Origin: a virus
Taxonomy: Duplodnaviria; Caudoviricetes
DNA: 38,657 nt
Strand: one strand, 5' to 3'
IMG/VR virus record: IMGVR_UViG_3300017544_000005
Location: 1 to 38,657 of that record
The translations under genes and the position numbers were made by a program. The notes below the pieces were generated by a model, which was not told the DNA's origin, did no database searches, and saw nothing but the letters and a program-made list of their open reading frames with translations. Positions 34,031-38,657 of this stretch are shown here, piece after piece. Position 1 is the first letter of the stretch. Every line of letters begins with the position of its first letter.

Positions 34031-34563
34031 CACGCCACCCTCACCGTAACACTCGGCTGCCCTTCGCGGAGCACCGCGCCCGGTACATCTTCGCCAGCAT
34101 CCAGCACGGCCTTAATCGCCGTCTTATCCGGCTCACGCTTTAGCTTCACGACGTTATCTGGCAGTAGGCTTTCATCCACTATCTCAACCCCTGCGCGTCC
34201 TTTGCCGACGGACACAGTCGCCTCCGGCAGGCTCACTTTTGTGAGGTCGGCGGCCTTCAACAGACGCAGTAACAAGGCCCGCATTGCGTCCTTGCGTCTG
34301 GCGTATCGTTCTTTTCGCGCAGCCAATTCCTTGGCGCGTTCGCCGATGGCCAGTACCATGCTGTTTGCGTCGCGCTCGATGGCCACGATCTTACCGAGCA
34401 CGCGGTAGGCGTCCGTCTCGCCTTCGATTGTGTCGGCGCGCAGTTCGTCGTCTTCTGCCAGTTCGGGGTATGCCGCAACCAAGTCGGCGAATTCCCGTTC
34501 CAGAACGGTGACATCATAGGCCAGATAGTTCTGTGCTTTCGCATTGTCAGCTTTGTTTTGCAT
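34030..34563 (-). CDS. Siphovirus Gp157-family protein
   Basis: DTIEGET, coiled coil, I.DESLLP, EPDKTAIK..L.AGEDVPGA.L. Confidence 0.85.
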   Translation of the reverse strand: MQNKADNAKAQNYLAYDVTVLEREFADLVAAYPELAEDDELRADTIEGETDAYRVLGKIVAIERDANSMVLAIGERAKELAARKERYARRKDAMRALLLRLLKAADLTKVSLPEATVSVGKGRAGVEIVDESLLPDNVVKLKREPDKTAIKAVLDAGEDVPGAVLREGQPSVTVRVA

Positions 34564-34653
34564 AATTGCTCCTCGTGTCGGTGGTTGGTATTGCTGCGAT
34601 AAGCAGCGGTAGGTAAGTTAACACGCCTCGCGGCGTATCCCGTTAACGGGTTG

Positions 34654-37452
34654 TCAAAATGGTATGTCGTCTGCCAGTATTTCTGCTAGTCCAGCGGACA
34701 TGGGCTCATTGTCATTACCAGCCCCCGTCACGTTGTCATTCGCAGCACCCGGCATGGCGTCGACCACTTCCCAGTATTTGCCGTTGGGCTTCACGATGAT
34801 TTCACCCGTAGGCAGCAATTCGTTCTGGCGCTCCATAAATTCCAGCACGGTTTTGGGGAACGGGGCCTGACCGCCGTGCTTTCGCCACCACCTGTCTGAC
34901 TTCGACTTAAAGAAGCCGGTATGAGCCGGGCCTAGCCATTCATTGATCGGCGACATGCCAACCCAGTAAGACACCTTCACGCTGTCCTGCTTGCCGCCCT
35001 TGCCTTCGTGGTATGCGAATGTGCGGCGTGTAACTTCCCGCGTCTCGGGCACGGCAACGCTCACAATCGGCGCGTCAGTTGCGTGGCTTTGCAGCTTCGG
35101 CGTTTCATCGAATTCATATTCATGGCCGCAACACCAGCAAATGCGCAATGAAGCATGCAGTTGCTCGTTGCAGGTCGGGCAGATCTTGATCGGGGCTTGA
35201 CCGTCGCCTTTTGTCGGTTTGCGTGGCTCGATCATATCGACCGGGCCGTGCTCTGCGACGTTGCCCGCAAAATCCATGTAACGACAGTTTGGCTTCAGGT
35301 ATCCAGCGATAGCCCCTCGGCGTTCTGCCGGCCCGACCGCTTCGGGATCAAACCGCGGCGGGTAAAGCACGCGAGTTCCGCGTCCGACGCGCTGCACATA
35401 ACGGCTTGCCGACTTGGTGCGCGCCATATCTACGATGAGGTCAATGCGCGGCACATTAGTGCCGGTAGACATGACGTTATCGTTGGTGATGCCCCATATC
35501 TCCCCCGCCTTGCATGCCTCGATAATCTTCCGACGCTCGTTTTTAGGCGTGCTGCCATGCAACACTTCACATGATTTGCCCATTGAGCGGACCATATCCC
35601 GCACATTCGTAGCGTGCTTAACGCCAGCGCAGAAGAATAGCGCAGTCCTGCGTTGCCCTTCCGTGTCAAAAACCTCTTCAAGAATGCGGCCATTGAGATC
35701 GTCCCGATCAACTGCATTCTGCAATGCGCCCTTCGCAAGATCATTCCCGCGCATCGGAACATGCGAAGTGTCTTGCTTGGTTTCAGTAGGCTTTGACGTA
35801 ACCGGCGAAAGATATCCGTCGTCAATGCCCTGCCGTATGCCGTATGTATAGACGACCTTATCGAACAGTCGGTCGTCGCCCTCATCGAGTCGTCCGCTGT
35901 CAAGGCGATAAGGCGTAGCGGACAATCCAACAATTTTCATATCCGGGTTGATCGACAGCAGCGCGTCGATAAATTGCCGGTACATGGTGTTTGCATCATT
36001 CGGCACTAAGTGAACTTCATCAATTGCCAGCACGTCTACATGGCCGATCTGCGCCGCCTTGTTATAAACCGTCTGTAATTGCGCAAACAAAATTTGCGCC
36101 CGCGCTTCACGGCGGCCAAGGGCAGATGCATAAATACCAGTTGGAGCAAACGGCGCGATACCGATCAGCTCGAGAAAGTTGCCCTCGACCAGTTCCACGA
36201 CATGAGTGCAGCAGCACAGCCGCATATCAGGCCAGCCGGTAATCAACTCGTGGAATAGCGTAGCGAGAGTCATCGACTTGCCGGTGTTGTGATGCACCAT
36301 GAAATCTTCAGTCAGATAAAGATGATCGCCATCCAGTGCGAACCCGTAGTAGTCGCCAACTCCTATCGGCTCGATATCGAAACCAGTTACAAGCGGATTT
36401 TTGATCTGACGACGAGGCTGCGCCTTCTGACGCGCAACTCTATTTGGAATCATATCAGTGTCGCCAGAAATAGAGACGCGCCAATATTGCCCTCCGCCGC
36501 CAGTCTGGCAGTATTTCATGCAAGGCGTAATATATGCTGCGAGCCCCAGGCTGCGCGCGACAAACGCTACATCGCGTGACAGATTTTCCGACTTCGATAT
36601 GAAGTCGAAATGATTATTCTTTGACAGGTGGCCGTCAGTATCCAGTAAGCCAGCAAGCACGTTTAAGCGAGTTTCACGGCTGCCCGTTTTATACATATGC
36701 GGGATGCTTTTCTGGTCGCAGACCATCCCCCAAATGCCAGCGGCCTCCAGATGCGCAACTAGTCGATTCCTAACGCTACGGCTGGCGTCATCATCAGGGA
36801 AAAATACTTGCCATGCCCTATTCCCAACCTTCTGCGTGACGCGGGGCTTTAGCCCGATGGATTCCACGTAGTCGCAAACCTCATCGAGGACTTCAGGGTC
36901 CATGTTAGTTATGCCGACACTATGTACGAGGCTTCCATCGCCAAGCATTGCCCCCACTATATAGGCGGGCACTGGAAGGTTATCATTCGCGACATAGTCG
37001 AAATCAATGCCAGTTCGCCACAGTTTACGAATGTGCTTCCAATATTTTGCCTTCGATAGGTATTCTTTTACAGTGACATTTTCGACCGTTCCTGCCGATT
37101 TATAAGAATTGGGATATCGTGCGGCTTTTTTGCCTTCATTGGTCGTCTTCAGACTTAGTATGTGATTTTCATTGACGACAAACGGATCGCCCTTAACCGG
37201 CGTGATGCGATACATCATTTCGCGACCGGATACGGTGCGTAACACTCGCCTCGGCTTACTATCGGGACCCATAAGATTATCGTTGACCGCCACGAGTTCG
37301 ACGGGCTTCGTGGTGCCATCATACATCAGAATAGGCGTGCCAGCGGCATGGCATCCAGTCGCCATGTCCAGCAGAGGATGCCCTGCCTCGGCTTTCCAAT
37401 AATCGAAAACGGCATCCACCGCCTCGCGCTGATAGTATCGCAATGCCATCAT
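34654..37452 (-). CDS. SF2 DEAD/DEAH helicase (RadD/YejH-like) with an intein and Zn finger
   Basis: LRYYQ.EAV, Walker A ATG|TGKS split by the intein, IDEVH, GLSATPYR, YVQRVGRG.R, CPTC...CWCC; C-terminal DDIPF. Confidence 0.92.
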   Translation of the reverse strand: MMALRYYQREAVDAVFDYWKAEAGHPLLDMATGCHAAGTPILMYDGTTKPVELVAVNDNLMGPDSKPRRVLRTVSGREMMYRITPVKGDPFVVNENHILSLKTTNEGKKAARYPNSYKSAGTVENVTVKEYLSKAKYWKHIRKLWRTGIDFDYVANDNLPVPAYIVGAMLGDGSLVHSVGITNMDPEVLDEVCDYVESIGLKPRVTQKVGNRAWQVFFPDDDASRSVRNRLVAHLEAAGIWGMVCDQKSIPHMYKTGSRETRLNVLAGLLDTDGHLSKNNHFDFISKSENLSRDVAFVARSLGLAAYITPCMKYCQTGGGGQYWRVSISGDTDMIPNRVARQKAQPRRQIKNPLVTGFDIEPIGVGDYYGFALDGDHLYLTEDFMVHHNTGKSMTLATLFHELITGWPDMRLCCCTHVVELVEGNFLELIGIAPFAPTGIYASALGRREARAQILFAQLQTVYNKAAQIGHVDVLAIDEVHLVPNDANTMYRQFIDALLSINPDMKIVGLSATPYRLDSGRLDEGDDRLFDKVVYTYGIRQGIDDGYLSPVTSKPTETKQDTSHVPMRGNDLAKGALQNAVDRDDLNGRILEEVFDTEGQRRTALFFCAGVKHATNVRDMVRSMGKSCEVLHGSTPKNERRKIIEACKAGEIWGITNDNVMSTGTNVPRIDLIVDMARTKSASRYVQRVGRGTRVLYPPRFDPEAVGPAERRGAIAGYLKPNCRYMDFAGNVAEHGPVDMIEPRKPTKGDGQAPIKICPTCNEQLHASLRICWCCGHEYEFDETPKLQSHATDAPIVSVAVPETREVTRRTFAYHEGKGGKQDSVKVSYWVGMSPINEWLGPAHTGFFKSKSDRWWRKHGGQAPFPKTVLEFMERQNELLPTGEIIVKPNGKYWEVVDAMPGAANDNVTGAGNDNEPMSAGLAEILADDIPF
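36286..37353 (-). mobile_element. Intein with a LAGLIDADG homing endonuclease (356 aa)
   Basis: Begins CHAAGTPILMYDG, block B VNENHIL, LAGLIDADG motifs GAMLGDGS and LAGLLDTDG, block F YYGFALDGDHLY, ends VHHN followed by Thr at +1. Confidence 0.95.
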
Positions 37453-38402
37453 GCTACCTGTTTGTTGTTGGGCTTGTTGTCGTTGGCCCCATCCACCCAA
37501 ATCTCACCCGTCGCCAAACGATAGGTAACCGTCTCCGCGACCTCATCGGCATCGATCTGCTCGCCATTTATCAGCCCACAAAGGTAGAGATGCGCCGGGC
37601 ACCCGTCGCGTTGCTCGTCGATCGACAAAGGCTTGTTCCAGCGCGCGCATGACATGTGGCAGTCGCCGCCATGCTCAGGCTGAACGTGGAGGCAGGTGCG
37701 GCAGTTCACACGCGGCTGCACTCCTTCGTGGCAGACACCACGATGTTTGCAGAACATGCATCCGAAGAACTCCGGGTCTTCGCTGATCCGGCTGGGTGGC
37801 TCGTCCGAAAACACGATGCGTTCGCAGCGTGCCAGCAGTCGAAGGCAGAACTCGACATCGTATTCGATGCGCTCGGCATAAAGCGTGTCGGTGTTCTTGC
37901 ACGACGCCAGATACAGGCAGCGCGTCAGGCCGAAAGCCTGCATCCCGAGTTGGCACTGGGCGTAGTGCAAAGGTTTGGCCTTCTGGCAGCCGTGCTTCTG
38001 AAGTTCCTTGATGCCCTTCTCGTTGCTCGACTTGAATTCCAGCAGGTGTTCGGTCTTCGGCGCTTCGGGTACGCCCATTGCCTTGCCGTCGCACTTGCCA
38101 CGGACGAACCCAGAAACCAGCCTGATTTTGTCCTGTTGTCCATAGACATCAACGCCGATGCGTTCGAGGTCGGCAACGAGGCGGTCTTCCTCGATATTGC
38201 CGGTGGCGAACAGTCGAAGCTGGCGACCCGAATGAACCTCGTGCGCTGAGACCCAGCGGAAGCCGTACCAAAGGGCTCGATCACATTCCGTGCCCGCCTC
38301 GCCCACGCTGATGCCCCACGAGTCCCAGGACTTAGCCTGGGCCTCGTAAGCAGCGTAGATGGCGCGGACGGTGCTGGATTCGGCTTTTGGGAGGGCGGCC
38401 AT
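37449..38402 (-). CDS. Cas4-like PD-(D/E)XK exonuclease (probable Fe-S cluster)
   Basis: ECDRALWY, GKCDG, LEFKS, HYAQCQLGM, CMFC..RGVC, plus NCRTC; start ATG 38402. Confidence 0.85.
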   Translation of the reverse strand: MAALPKAESSTVRAIYAAYEAQAKSWDSWGISVGEAGTECDRALWYGFRWVSAHEVHSGRQLRLFATGNIEEDRLVADLERIGVDVYGQQDKIRLVSGFVRGKCDGKAMGVPEAPKTEHLLEFKSSNEKGIKELQKHGCQKAKPLHYAQCQLGMQAFGLTRCLYLASCKNTDTLYAERIEYDVEFCLRLLARCERIVFSDEPPSRISEDPEFFGCMFCKHRGVCHEGVQPRVNCRTCLHVQPEHGGDCHMSCARWNKPLSIDEQRDGCPAHLYLCGLINGEQIDADEVAETVTYRLATGEIWVDGANDNKPNNKQVA

Positions 38403-38581
38403 TATGTTGCGCTCCCTTCCTGCAAATGCTCCACCCACTGTTGCGCCGCTTCCTGCGTGCTAAACGCACCAGATACGATACGTGAACGCATTCCTTCCGA
38501 AGTCGGATATGTCTCGATGACGCGATATGGCCGTGCGGTGTCCGGCGATACCTGCTTCATGACCATGAAGATGCTGTTCAT
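38402..38581 (-). CDS. Small hypothetical protein (59 aa), not in the ORF track
   Basis: GGAGGA RBS, ATG 38581, MNSIFMVMKQVSPDTARPYRV...; TAATG coupling to the exonuclease and ATGA coupling to the upstream gene. Confidence 0.65.
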   Translation of the reverse strand: MNSIFMVMKQVSPDTARPYRVIETYPTSEGMRSRIVSGAFSTQEAAQQWVEHLQEGSAT

Positions 38582-38657
38582 GCTGGGTAGTCCTCCACGG
38601 TATGGCCGAGGTGCTCCAGAATGTGCCGGTACACGTCATCTTCTTGGTAAGACACAC
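38578..38657 (-). CDS. 3' end of an upstream gene (partial)
   Basis: ...VSYQEDDVYRHILEHLGHTVEDYPA* ends with an ATGA overlap on the next gene. Confidence 0.45.
   Translation of the reverse strand, partial: VSYQEDDVYRHILEHLGHTVEDYPA

Larger units (their letters stand above)
26255..34589 (-). repeat. Dispersed leader motif ACACGAGGAG (4 copies) with upstream CCACCAA elements
   Basis: The exact 10-mer occurs at 26255-26264, 32202-32211, 33622-33631 and 34569-34578, each 5-6 nt before a start codon. Confidence 0.75.

Noticed and set aside
24877-37487. AAYGAYAAY as a DNA operator (Fur-box-like)
   Set aside because: The copies I found are in frame, vary at synonymous positions and mostly sit near C-termini, which fits a peptide motif better.
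37449-38402. Cas4-like gene as evidence for CRISPR-Cas
   Set aside because: There is no repeat-spacer array or other cas gene; solo Cas4-like nucleases are common in phage replication modules.

Overview
The window holds most of a temperate, lambda/HK97-like siphovirus or prophage, read almost entirely on the minus strand. The host is probably an alphaproteobacterium of the Rhizobiales (Brucella/Ochrobactrum/Rhizobium-like), inferred from an Omp25/RopB-type porin and alpha-type ssrA-like tags. From right to left: (1) a replication and modification module with a Cas4-like exonuclease, an intein-containing SF2 helicase, Gp157, an SNF2-like helicase, an amino-MTase, a split C5-MTase with a nested beta gene, Prim-Pol/helicase, a putative origin, VRR-NUC and a putative late regulator; (2) about 900 bp of densely structured non-coding DNA with two atypical tRNAs and a CCA-ended mini-tRNA-like element; (3) two HNH genes, a putative cos region, terminase, portal, S49 protease and capsid; (4) two glycosyltransferase genes inside the head operon; (5) the tail genes, including a predicted -1 frameshift chaperone and a GNAT; (6) two opposite-strand morons and a truncated GH19-like endolysin. 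The most notable signals are genetically encoded ssrA/tmRNA-tag mimics (ANDN...AA) on several proteins, the structured RNA/tRNA-like array, the capsid-linked glycosyltransferases, and a repeated CCACCAA-hairpin/ACACGAGGAG leader element. All assignments come from motif recognition and synteny by eye; no database search or folding program was run.
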